DNA of 64,000 nt from a virus (Duplodnaviria > Caudoviricetes): the IMG/VR virus record IMGVR_UViG_3300031414_000005; one strand, written 5' to 3'. A program made the translations under genes and the position numbers. The notes beneath the pieces were generated by a model. That model ran no database searches. It worked only from the letters and a program-made list of their open reading frames with translations, and was not told the origin of the DNA. Positions 1 to 8,012 of this stretch are shown here, piece by piece. The stretch's first letter is position 1. The number at the start of each line of letters is the position of its first letter.

Positions 1-2
1 TA

Positions 3-872
3 CAGTTCTTCATGAAGGCCTATGAACACCTGGAAGAGTTGCCGTACAACGTCGACGACATGTGGCGGATCTTTGACTGTGGTTTGCGTATTCAGGACGA
101 AGGGCACGAAGCCATTCATGCGATCTATAAGACGCTGATGTACGGTAACGTGGCCAAGACCTTGATACTCTCTGCCACACTGGAAGGGGACACGCAGTTC
201 ATTAACCGTATCTATGAACTGACCTACCCGATGAAAGACCGGTTCTCCGGTACGGGCTACGACAAGTACATTGAGGCGATCGCCTATCTGTACGGCATGG
301 ACTGTCAAGCCAACCAGGTGAAGTGGAAAGGACGCATGGGGTATTCGCACATCAAGCTGGAGCAATCCATCCTGAAGCGTAAGGATACCTTGGAACGTTA
401 CCTGGAGTTAATCGATAGCGCATTGAAGTATTACTACCTGAAAGTCAGAGAACCCGGCATGAAATGCCTGATCTTTTGCTCCACGGTGGAGATGTGTTTG
501 GTGTTAACGATGTACCTGAAAAACCGGTATCCACAGCTGCACATCGATAAGTACACTTCGATTGATCCGCCCGAGAACTACATGGATCCGGACATCGTAT
601 GTTCTACGCCGAAATCTTGCGGTACCGGGGTGGATATCCCGGGGTTACGGACCACGTTGACGCCGGTCGCGGTGGGTGCCAGCCAGTTGAATAATCAGAT
701 GTTGGGTCGTCTGCGCAAAATGTCCGGTCCCTGGGCAGGCGTGACACCGACCTTTGTTTACTTCGTCTGCGAAGACATCAAACCGCACGTCCAGTATCAT
801 CGGAAACGTATGGAGATTTTCGAGAACAAAACAGTCTCAATGAAAACGGTGCGTAGCGGTGTGTCCTTTTGA
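3..872 (+). CDS. SF2 helicase, C-terminal part (5'-partial; phiKZ gp75-like)
   Basis: Frame is open from the window edge. Helicase C-domain motifs: CLIFCSTVE (IV), STPKSCGTGVDIPGL (V), QMLGRLR (VI). Lies upstream of the gp80-like RNAP gene, as in phiKZ-like phages. Confidence 0.8.
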   Translation, partial: QFFMKAYEHLEELPYNVDDMWRIFDCGLRIQDEGHEAIHAIYKTLMYGNVAKTLILSATLEGDTQFINRIYELTYPMKDRFSGTGYDKYIEAIAYLYGMDCQANQVKWKGRMGYSHIKLEQSILKRKDTLERYLELIDSALKYYYLKVREPGMKCLIFCSTVEMCLVLTMYLKNRYPQLHIDKYTSIDPPENYMDPDIVCSTPKSCGTGVDIPGLRTTLTPVAVGASQLNNQMLGRLRKMSGPWAGVTPTFVYFVCEDIKPHVQYHRKRMEIFENKTVSMKTVRSGVSF

Positions 873-906
873 GTAAAAGGTAAGACACCTGATTACCCCA
901 GTATCC

Positions 907-924
907 GGGGGCGGCAACGCCCCC
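907..924 (+). other. GC-rich hairpin with GCAA (GNRA) loop, no U-tract
   Basis: GGGGGCG-GCAA-CGCCCCC between the helicase stop and the next gene; possible mRNA stabiliser or weak terminator. Confidence 0.45.
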
Positions 925-954
925 AACTCGCTGACTCTTGTCTAAAGGACAATT

Positions 955-1638
955 ATGAAAAACCATGTGATGACCGCGTTGTTAATTGCCGGTCTGTTCT
1001 TTGCTAACCTCGCTTTTGGTGGTGAGCAATTTGTTACTCCCCCTTCGCTTACTCAGGAAGATGTGGCGGCCCTTAATCCCCAACCTTCGGCGGAAGCCAC
1101 GGAACTGGTCCAGCGTCTGCGTGACCGTGATGTGGAATTCGTGACGGCCGATAACCGACTCCCTACCAGTGAGATCATCCCTGCGGAAGAGGTGGTCAGG
1201 CTGTCTCAGGCGAACCCTAACCAACCGGTCCAACGGGGCCAGGCGGTGAACAATAACAAGGAACAAAAGGTCGGTAACTGGACGGTGACCCACACCAATG
1301 AATCCAGTCTCTACACCATCAGAAACAGTAACGGCGATTCGCTGGCTTTGATCTGTAAGGACGGAGTGCTACTCTCCACCGCCCGATTGGGACGGAAGAC
1401 TTATCAGTCAGGTAATCCGCAACAACAAATCGTGGTCCAGTTTAACAACGACCCTGACCGGGTATTGTTGCAATCGGATTGGGAGCAGTCACCCAAGATT
1501 CTGTGGATCGCGTTTCGTATCAACACTGTCTTTAGCATTTCCAGCCTGGATGACCCGGCACAATACAAGTTTGACAACGTTGGTGGCCGTCGTGTTGCCA
1601 GCCTGGCGCAAGCCGACCCCGAATGTATTCAGCAATAA
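955..1638 (+). CDS. Secreted/periplasmic hypothetical protein
   Basis: AGGA RBS; Sec-type signal peptide MKNHVMTALLIAGLFFANLAFG; 227 aa; followed by a terminator. Confidence 0.7.
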   Translation: MKNHVMTALLIAGLFFANLAFGGEQFVTPPSLTQEDVAALNPQPSAEATELVQRLRDRDVEFVTADNRLPTSEIIPAEEVVRLSQANPNQPVQRGQAVNNNKEQKVGNWTVTHTNESSLYTIRNSNGDSLALICKDGVLLSTARLGRKTYQSGNPQQQIVVQFNNDPDRVLLQSDWEQSPKILWIAFRINTVFSISSLDDPAQYKFDNVGGRRVASLAQADPECIQQ

Positions 1639-1640
1639 AC

Positions 1641-1664
1641 AGAGGCCTCCTTGCGGGGGCCTCT
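1641..1664 (+). terminator. Intrinsic terminator-like hairpin
   Basis: AGAGGCCTCC-TTGC-GGGGGCCTCT directly after the stop codon. Confidence 0.6.
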
Positions 1665-1694
1665 TCAAGCGACTCGACAGGGTGATGTAAAAAC

Positions 1695-1826
1695 GTGCGA
1701 ATTAAAGTAATCCTAGTAGATTCCAAAGGTACTGCTACGGTGCAGCAGGAAACCCCGAAGCGCGTCAGTGAAATGTCTGATGCGGAATTTATTAAACTGT
1801 TAAATAAAGAAAAGGCCTTGGCGTAA
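1695..1826 (+). CDS. Small hypothetical protein (43 aa, absent from ORF track)
   Basis: GTG start after AGGGTG; translates to MRIKVILVDSKGTATVQQETPKRVSEMSDAEFIKLLNKEKALA; stop is 2 nt before the next ATG. Confidence 0.55.
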   Translation: MRIKVILVDSKGTATVQQETPKRVSEMSDAEFIKLLNKEKALA

Positions 1827-1828
1827 TT

Positions 1829-2164
1829 ATGTCAATGATCCTCGATACCGAAAACGTGATATGGCCACGTAACCTGCAAGAGTACTACAACGACCAGTTC
1901 AGTTTCTTGGCAGCGTTCGTGGAATGGTACCCCCAATCCACTGTGGATCACGTTTACGAACACATTGAAATTTTGGGTATCGATCCAGAATCATGCGACA
2001 ACGCATACAGCAGCATCATGCAGCTGTTTGATGACTTCATGGAAATGAATCCGACCTTCGTCGGCATTCTTGTGCCCTCTTTCAAGATTCTCAACCTTGA
2101 TAGTGAAAACTATCGGGAAAGTCAACGGGGTGACCTCGAATGGGTGTTACTCGATTACCAATAA
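1829..2164 (+). CDS. Acidic hypothetical protein
   Basis: 111-aa ORF packed tightly in an operon. Confidence 0.7.
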   Translation: MSMILDTENVIWPRNLQEYYNDQFSFLAAFVEWYPQSTVDHVYEHIEILGIDPESCDNAYSSIMQLFDDFMEMNPTFVGILVPSFKILNLDSENYRESQRGDLEWVLLDYQ

Positions 2165-2173
2165 GGTGTCATT

Positions 2174-2902
2174 ATGCAAGACTTCGTAAAACCTGCCGAC
2201 TTACCGCCCGTGCTGACGGCCTCGCCCGAGTTCCTGAGCAAGGTGATCAACCTGGTGGCCAACCTCCGCCCGGCTGATCGTCTGTCGCGTTACAAAATCA
2301 TCATCGACTGTGAAACCCTGTCACTGGCGAACAACGCGGCGATCCTGCAAGTCGGCGCGGTGCTGATCGACCTGTATGCGGACGAGTTTGCGATCATCGA
2401 CCGTTTCGTCATGAACGTCGACCCGAAAGAACAGATCGAGTCTGGCAAGTTCAATGTGAACCAACAGACCGAAATCTGGTGGGAAGCGCGACCGGATGAT
2501 GTCAAAGCCTCGGTGTTCTCCAATCAGGTCAGCATCAAAGTGGTGATGGCGGCCCTGATTGATAAAGTCAATGAGTGGATGGCGCGTGACACCGAAGCCC
2601 AGGTGAAGATCTATCACCGTGGCTACGACTTTGACGGTCCGATTCTGCGCAATGCCTGCCGCTACATTGGTGCTATGCCGCTGATGAAGTTTAACCGCCT
2701 GGGCTGTGTGCGCAACTTTATCAACGAACGCATGGGGTTAAGCTGCGGCTTTATTCCGGGGGTGGGTCCGATTGATGAACGCCGTCACAACGCGCTGGCG
2801 GATTGCACCAATGACGCCTACCAGATGTGGCTGGCGGAAAAGATTCAGGCCCGCACCATGGGCGCTAAAATCACCCACGACCTGAACATCCAGGATTTCT
2901 AA
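2174..2902 (+). CDS. DEDDh 3'-5' exonuclease/exoribonuclease (DUF5051 / RNase AS-like)
   Basis: ExoI IIDCETLSL..NAAILQVGAV, ExoII HRGYDFDGPIL, ExoIII HNALADC; AAGGTG RBS. Confidence 0.8.
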   Translation: MQDFVKPADLPPVLTASPEFLSKVINLVANLRPADRLSRYKIIIDCETLSLANNAAILQVGAVLIDLYADEFAIIDRFVMNVDPKEQIESGKFNVNQQTEIWWEARPDDVKASVFSNQVSIKVVMAALIDKVNEWMARDTEAQVKIYHRGYDFDGPILRNACRYIGAMPLMKFNRLGCVRNFINERMGLSCGFIPGVGPIDERRHNALADCTNDAYQMWLAEKIQARTMGAKITHDLNIQDF

Positions 2903-2908
2903 CCCACA

Positions 2909-2937
2909 GGGGAGTTGCTGCGGCAGCTCTCCTTTTT
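2909..2937 (+). terminator. Intrinsic terminator
   Basis: GGGGAGTTGC-TGCG-GCAGCTCTCC followed by T5. Confidence 0.75.
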
Positions 2938-2951
2938 AAGGAGAAACACCA

Positions 2952-3614
2952 ATGAGTAAATCCATGGCCGTCAATGATTTGGCCGCATGGCTACGGCAGG
3001 TTGCGAACAACGAAGGAGAGAGCCGTCAACAGCTCTGGGAGCTCACGGAAGCAATCCCTGTGCTCAATGGGTTGGACCTGCATGTCAACTCGTTACAGCG
3101 CTTCCAGCGTAAGTTGGCTGAACACCCCGAGAAAGCGTTTATTCGCTACGATCTACCGGACTACCACGAACTGTTCCGTAAACAACACGATGCCCCGGAT
3201 GGGATGGACTACAGCAACGATACCACCGCGGCATTGATCCGCATGACGTTAGCCACGGTGTTTACCCGGGCGACCATCGGACAGGCTGCCAGTGCGCCAG
3301 TGCAGATTGTGGCCTCGATGCCGGACTACTTTAATTACGACCAGTTGGCCAACGTCCGGAACAGTTACTACATGTATCACTGGCATGTCATGCGCGGTGC
3401 GGTGAAAGATTGGCACCGTTATGAAGGGGTGTTCTTAAAGGACATCAAACGGTTGATCCAGGTGCGCAACGGCGAACGCACCCCAAGGACGATGGATGAG
3501 CAGGTGATGTGGGATGTGGACTTGTTCTACTGTCATTACCTGCGCCGCAATCCCGCCTGGGATGGCCGGGCCCCCTTTACCGCATTGGGTAAAGCGATCT
3601 TGCAATTAGAGTAG
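2952..3614 (+). CDS. Hypothetical protein
   Basis: 220-aa ORF with GGAGA RBS. Confidence 0.75.
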   Translation: MSKSMAVNDLAAWLRQVANNEGESRQQLWELTEAIPVLNGLDLHVNSLQRFQRKLAEHPEKAFIRYDLPDYHELFRKQHDAPDGMDYSNDTTAALIRMTLATVFTRATIGQAASAPVQIVASMPDYFNYDQLANVRNSYYMYHWHVMRGAVKDWHRYEGVFLKDIKRLIQVRNGERTPRTMDEQVMWDVDLFYCHYLRRNPAWDGRAPFTALGKAILQLE

Positions 3615-3626
3615 AGGTATCTCGCC

Positions 3627-4220
3627 ATGTCGAGAAACAGCTTGATTCCAAAGGAGTTATCGACAGGGTTGTTGCGGTTGTACCGGAAACCCACCGGGAA
3701 TAATGATTTACGGGATGCGTTGGAATACCGGGTCAACATGAACGTGTACTCCAAATCCGAGAAACGGTTTGTGGTACCGATGCCACGTATCCACAATCAT
3801 AAACATTACTTGCACACTATCCGGGCGACGCGTCAAGAGGCGGTCGCCTGGTTAGAGCAGTTTTACATTGATGTCTTGCGGCAACAGGCAGAAATCCCGG
3901 AAGCAGCTTTGGCTTATTTACGGGAGCAACTCAAACTCTCTTCCAATGATCACATTATCACCCATTGCCTGGTTTACCGTGGGTACGTCCAGGTCACTTA
4001 CATTGATGTTCGCAAAGCCAAGCGTAAAAAGGCCAAGGTCTTTAAAACCCGGCTGCCTGGCGAGATCAATTTGATCACCCGAAAGATGGCGATGTTTAAT
4101 GCCAAATGTTTTGGGTATGAATTAATGCTGGAAGACTTTATCCCGTTGAGTGGCGATACCACTTTCATTTTGGATGAGGCTCATCTGGTTTATTACAGTG
4201 ATTGTTTCTTCGTCATGTAA
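3627..4220 (+). CDS. Basic hypothetical protein, possibly DNA-binding (AP2/Arm-like)
   Basis: GAGG RBS; 197 aa; K/R-rich; ATRQEAVAWLE resembles an Arm/AP2 helix (weak). Confidence 0.6.
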   Translation: MSRNSLIPKELSTGLLRLYRKPTGNNDLRDALEYRVNMNVYSKSEKRFVVPMPRIHNHKHYLHTIRATRQEAVAWLEQFYIDVLRQQAEIPEAALAYLREQLKLSSNDHIITHCLVYRGYVQVTYIDVRKAKRKKAKVFKTRLPGEINLITRKMAMFNAKCFGYELMLEDFIPLSGDTTFILDEAHLVYYSDCFFVM

Positions 4221-4263
4221 ACTTGTAGATACGGTAGCATGGTATAGAGTGAACCCTCTCCCT

Positions 4264-4272
4264 CTATATAAC
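4264..4272 (+). promoter_or_regulatory. Candidate early phage promoter (CTATATAAC)
   Basis: Variant of the TATATTAC early-promoter core of phiKZ-like phages; intergenic and upstream of an accessory operon. Confidence 0.45.
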
Positions 4273-4359
4273 TCTGTTTACTAAGCGAGCTAACGCTAAC
4301 GTGAACAAAGACCGTAGGTCTATGATGCTTATATGAAATTAAACATTATAGAGGTCATT

Positions 4360-4683
4360 ATGATACAAGGTGAATTAATCATTGATCTGAGTCATTTAAC
4401 CAGTCGTTATGGTGATCGTTTAATGACCCGTGATGGCCACAACTATTTCTCCCGTTTCCAGTGCTCTATCAGTATTCAAGAAAACCAGTTGGCTAAAGAA
4501 CTCGACAAGTTAGCCAATCTGATCTATTCCATTAAATACACCGGTGTACGTGCGGTACGTTTAGGTAAAGAGATCCAGGAGATTGTGGAGTCCCTCCGCT
4601 GCACCTCTTCCCCTGAGTCGTTAATTGGGTGTGCTCGCGCACTCAACCGCACCAGCACCTACTTCAAAATTGATATTAAGTGA
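4360..4683 (+). CDS. Hypothetical protein
   Basis: ORF 4333-4683; start moved to ATG 4360, which follows a GAGG RBS. Confidence 0.65.
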   Translation: MIQGELIIDLSHLTSRYGDRLMTRDGHNYFSRFQCSISIQENQLAKELDKLANLIYSIKYTGVRAVRLGKEIQEIVESLRCTSSPESLIGCARALNRTSTYFKIDIK

Positions 4684-4690
4684 GATTCCA

Positions 4691-5128
4691 ATGCCCAATA
4701 ACAATTCCCACGATTTCGGCTTCAGCTATTTAAAACCTGTGTATTACGGTACGCAAACTGGTGTGCTGGAAGGTAACCCGGTGGGTATCCAGGTCACCTT
4801 GCACGGCATGGCACTGATCGCAGCCAACAGCCCGTATGGCAGCAATGAGCTGACCGTGCGCTTTGAAGAGAGTCAGCGGCCGTTGAGTAAGGTCCTGTCG
4901 GTACTGGAGAACATCATCACCAGTGTGGAAAGTATCTACGACAACAACGAGCCGGACTGTAAAGATCTGAGCGGGTTTACCTATCGTCTGATCAAGCAGC
5001 TGGGGATCAATGTCAATGAGTTCATCAATGACAACAAAACCTACAGCCTCCACGATGTCGAACAGATCATTGAAAGCTTCCCGGTCAACCTGATCAAGGT
5101 CACAGTGATTGCACCTGTTGCACATTAA
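4691..5128 (+). CDS. Hypothetical protein
   Basis: ORF 4625-5128; ATG 4691 follows the upstream stop; ends at a terminator. Confidence 0.65.
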   Translation: MPNNNSHDFGFSYLKPVYYGTQTGVLEGNPVGIQVTLHGMALIAANSPYGSNELTVRFEESQRPLSKVLSVLENIITSVESIYDNNEPDCKDLSGFTYRLIKQLGINVNEFINDNKTYSLHDVEQIIESFPVNLIKVTVIAPVAH

Positions 5129-5136
5129 TATCCCTC

Positions 5137-5157
5137 AGGAGGCTTCGGCCTCCTTTT
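5137..5157 (+). terminator. Intrinsic terminator
   Basis: AGGAGGC-TTCG-GCCTCCT + TTT (UUCG loop). Confidence 0.8.
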
Positions 5158-5182
5158 CCAGTGTTTTATTTTTTGGTGACGT

Positions 5183-5560
5183 ATGACAAAGACAATTACC
5201 CGTGACGAGTTCTCCGTGTTGTACACGCCGGATTTCGGCCCAGAACAAACCCGCTTCTTCGAACGCCTGCAACCCAACGAACTCAACGTGGGTATGAAAG
5301 TGGTTATCCTGTTCTATGAGCAGCCGGATGGGTCATCGAAGTATGAGTTCTGGCGGGCCAAGCGAGTGGCCACATTCAGTAAACGCAGCACTGATAACTT
5401 CGAGACGTTCCTCCCGGCTTTCCTCGGTACTCATCACCCTCGTGGGGCCAGTCATGGTTTGTATGCCATGATTGTTGCGGTGGCGAAGGATACCCAACAA
5501 ATCCACATCACCGGCGTCAAAGACAGCTGGCAGTTTAATTTCCCAGTGACAGGTTTGTAG
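5183..5560 (+). CDS. Hypothetical protein
   Basis: 125-aa ORF, GGTG RBS. Confidence 0.65.
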   Translation: MTKTITRDEFSVLYTPDFGPEQTRFFERLQPNELNVGMKVVILFYEQPDGSSKYEFWRAKRVATFSKRSTDNFETFLPAFLGTHHPRGASHGLYAMIVAVAKDTQQIHITGVKDSWQFNFPVTGL

Positions 5561-5614
5561 TACCAAACATAACTCCATAATCTCATGTTATTCACAAATG
5601 AGGCGAACAGGCAA

Positions 5615-5929
5615 ATGAAAGCATTAAAACTGAAGTTTGATGGGAAAGGTGAAGTGTCGATGAACCTGGGGGGTTGCTGGGTGAACCAATTTGAAACCGA
5701 CGTGGCCATCATGAGCGGAGACAAAGTCGCGGCACAGAGCATCCATAACCTGCTGAACAAGCACGTGGAGTTTGTCCCCTACGAGAACATGGGGTCACGC
5801 GAAGCGGATTATTACCAGGCCACTCAACAACTTAACGCGGCACTGATGACCACTAACAAACACGACTTAACGGCGGTACAAGCCATGGTCAATAACTGCC
5901 CGTATCTGGAACTGGTGGTCGTGAATTAA
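5615..5929 (+). CDS. Hypothetical protein
   Basis: ORF 5585-5929; likely start is ATG 5615 after GAGGCGAACAGG. Confidence 0.6.
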   Translation: MKALKLKFDGKGEVSMNLGGCWVNQFETDVAIMSGDKVAAQSIHNLLNKHVEFVPYENMGSREADYYQATQQLNAALMTTNKHDLTAVQAMVNNCPYLELVVVN

Positions 5930-6007
5930 TGTAAGCGCCGGTGGGTTGACTCTATCTGATTGTATGAATTAACCCACCACTTTTCTAACTGAATAGGACG
6001 TAATGTA

Positions 6008-6181
6008 ATGAGCAACAAACCTGCTGATAATCTGGACGGTGAAATGAATTTCGATTCACTGGACGAACTGAACTTCGAAGCGGCTGCCGAGCGCAACGAC
6101 GCAAAGATTGATGAACTGGATGCAGAAGCTGCGGCTATCCCGGTCGACAACGGTTGTGGAGCCGGCGGTTGCATTATCTAA
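6008..6181 (+). CDS. 57-aa acidic peptide ending in an NrdA-like C-terminal CxxxxC motif (absent from ORF track)
   Basis: AGGA RBS; MSNKPADNLDGEMNFDSLDELNFEAAAERNDAKIDELDAEAAAIPVDNGCGAGGCII; preferred-codon usage; fills the gap before the RyR gene. Confidence 0.7.
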   Translation: MSNKPADNLDGEMNFDSLDELNFEAAAERNDAKIDELDAEAAAIPVDNGCGAGGCII

Positions 6182-6198
6182 TTTCCAAAGGGTAGAAC

Positions 6199-6591
6199 AT
6201 GACCGAGCTCACAACTGACGAGCATTTCACACAGTTATACACCGATGCAGAAGTGTTGTTAGCCGCTAAAGCTGCGCACTGTGCGGTGCAGGCCATCAAC
6301 GAAGCATTTGGGTTATACAAGCTCCCCCAGTGGATGCTGTGTAACGATTGGTATAAGGCCTCGTTTACCCGCAATGTGGAAGCTTACCTGTACCACGCGT
6401 ATCCGGTACGTAAAGTGCATGCGCATTGGGTCAGGCGGATGGAAAGTCAGGGATGGGTAGTTGGTGAAACTCGTTGCCGTGAGCAGAAGACCCACCCGAT
6501 GTTAGTTTCTTTTAATGATTTACCGATAGAAGAAAAACTTAAACTGAAACAGATGCGGGCGGTGGTCATGGCGTTCCGTAAAACGAACTGA
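6199..6591 (+). CDS. RyR-domain (ryanodine receptor repeat-like) protein
   Basis: VHAHWVRRMESQGWVVGETRCREQKTHPMLVSFNDLPIEEK matches the RyR motif HxxW...GWxxG...KTHPxLVP(F/Y)xxLxxxEK. Confidence 0.75.
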   Translation: MTELTTDEHFTQLYTDAEVLLAAKAAHCAVQAINEAFGLYKLPQWMLCNDWYKASFTRNVEAYLYHAYPVRKVHAHWVRRMESQGWVVGETRCREQKTHPMLVSFNDLPIEEKLKLKQMRAVVMAFRKTN

Positions 6592-6632
6592 CCCAAGCGG
6601 GGGTTGTGCCCCCGCCTACCGAGGACTTTGCC

Positions 6633-7151
6633 ATGTTAAAAGTATTTGCAGGTGCACGTCAGAGTGGGCGCACAACCCAGTTGATTGACCACACCATAAA
6701 GTATCTGCGAGACAGTCGCAAAGTGTCACTGATGTTTAGCAGTGAAGCCGAAGCGCACGATTTCTGTCGCATGTTGTTGATCACCTTGCTGGGTAAGCCG
6801 GTAGGGCACGATGTCCAAACTCAACATGTGGTAAAATTGCTGGAAAGCCTGGGTTATCAGGTTAATGTATTTTTGTTGTACAGCTTGCGTAATGTGTTAC
6901 GGAACAGTGCTCGCGACGAATTGGTCGTTTATGACGGCTGGCGTTGTTTGGGTGACGGGGAATTCAGAGAGATCGATCAATTGGCGAAAAGCCGGCGTGT
7001 GCTGACCGCGATTGATTTACCCTCCTACCGCAGCCTTAGCACCACCTATCGGACCCACAGCGCAGTGACGCTGCTTGCCCTAGAGGGGAAATATGATGAT
7101 TCAAGTAATGGCCCTGTACCGGCCGTGGATATCCCCCACGCTCATCAATAA
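6633..7151 (+). CDS. Degenerate P-loop NTPase (thymidine-kinase-like N-terminus)
   Basis: GAGGA RBS before ATG 6633; FAGARQSGRTTQLI (Walker A-like), LVVYDG (Walker B-like). Confidence 0.5.
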   Translation: MLKVFAGARQSGRTTQLIDHTIKYLRDSRKVSLMFSSEAEAHDFCRMLLITLLGKPVGHDVQTQHVVKLLESLGYQVNVFLLYSLRNVLRNSARDELVVYDGWRCLGDGEFREIDQLAKSRRVLTAIDLPSYRSLSTTYRTHSAVTLLALEGKYDDSSNGPVPAVDIPHAHQ

Positions 7152-7500
7152 ACTGCGTGCGGCATACGGGTCGAAATTCTATGATCTGACTGAGGTTGAG
7201 AACCCTGAACAATTCCGTGTGTGTTTGCGTTCAGCCTCGATCTCAGCAAAGGCGATCTTGACGGTGAACACCGCGTTGACTCGCCGGATCATGAAAGAAG
7301 AGGGGTTCGAGTACTTACTGGTGTACCCTTTCATAAACACCGAGTTTGAGAAAGTGCCGTCCAAAGACAGCTACATGACCCGTCAGGTTTATGACTGTCG
7401 TAATGAAGCGGGGGCATACCACCAGGAGATTCGCAACCGTAACCATATGGTCATCGAGTATGATCACCATCAAGGTTGGGTTGTGGAGGAGGTTGCATGA
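7093..7500 (+). CDS. Hypothetical protein
   Basis: 135 aa; AGAGGGG RBS; overlaps the previous gene; ATGA-coupled to the next. Confidence 0.65.
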   Translation: MMIQVMALYRPWISPTLINKLRAAYGSKFYDLTEVENPEQFRVCLRSASISAKAILTVNTALTRRIMKEEGFEYLLVYPFINTEFEKVPSKDSYMTRQVYDCRNEAGAYHQEIRNRNHMVIEYDHHQGWVVEEVA

Positions 7501-7991
7501 CTAACTGGGAAATACTCAGTGTGATTTGCACACTGTCGATTATAGTGAATGGGGTGTTTCTACGACGTTTATGGCGTCGGCGCAGGGCTCAGGGGAATCA
7601 GGCGCAGACGGTCTATAAACTGAAACAAACCATTTCCTATAACGAGCGTCGCATAGCAGACACCACTGCGAAACTGCTGACCCTGGAGGGTGAGATCCAC
7701 CAACTCCGTGATCAGCTGCTGCGAACAAGTATCCTCACCATCGGACTAGAAACAGCCAGGAACCATGAATTGGTCCATGGCTGCCCGATCGAGGAGATCG
7801 AACTGTATCACCAGATAGTTACATGCATAATGGGAAGCCGTCAGCCATCGCTACAAAAAGAGATGCTGGCAATGTTGGACATGGACGCCACCGACCGTAT
7901 TTTCATTAGCGGTTATGGTCATTTGCTTACGACCAAAGAAGAATGTGAACAGACAGAACTGTGCTGTCAACCCACTTCTGCAAAAATGTAA
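7497..7991 (+). CDS. Single-pass membrane protein with coiled coil
   Basis: GGAGG RBS; ATGA overlap; N-terminal TM WEILSVICTLSIIVNGVFL followed by RRLWRRRR and heptad-rich sequence. Confidence 0.65.
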   Translation: MTNWEILSVICTLSIIVNGVFLRRLWRRRRAQGNQAQTVYKLKQTISYNERRIADTTAKLLTLEGEIHQLRDQLLRTSILTIGLETARNHELVHGCPIEEIELYHQIVTCIMGSRQPSLQKEMLAMLDMDATDRIFISGYGHLLTTKEECEQTELCCQPTSAKM

Positions 7992-8012
7992 CTTTCTAAT
8001 TAAAGGCTTACC

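Noticed and set aside
5926-6174. 82-aa - strand ORF from the track
   Set aside because: The + strand 57-aa ORF at 6008-6181 has an RBS, preferred codons and operon fit, and is the better call
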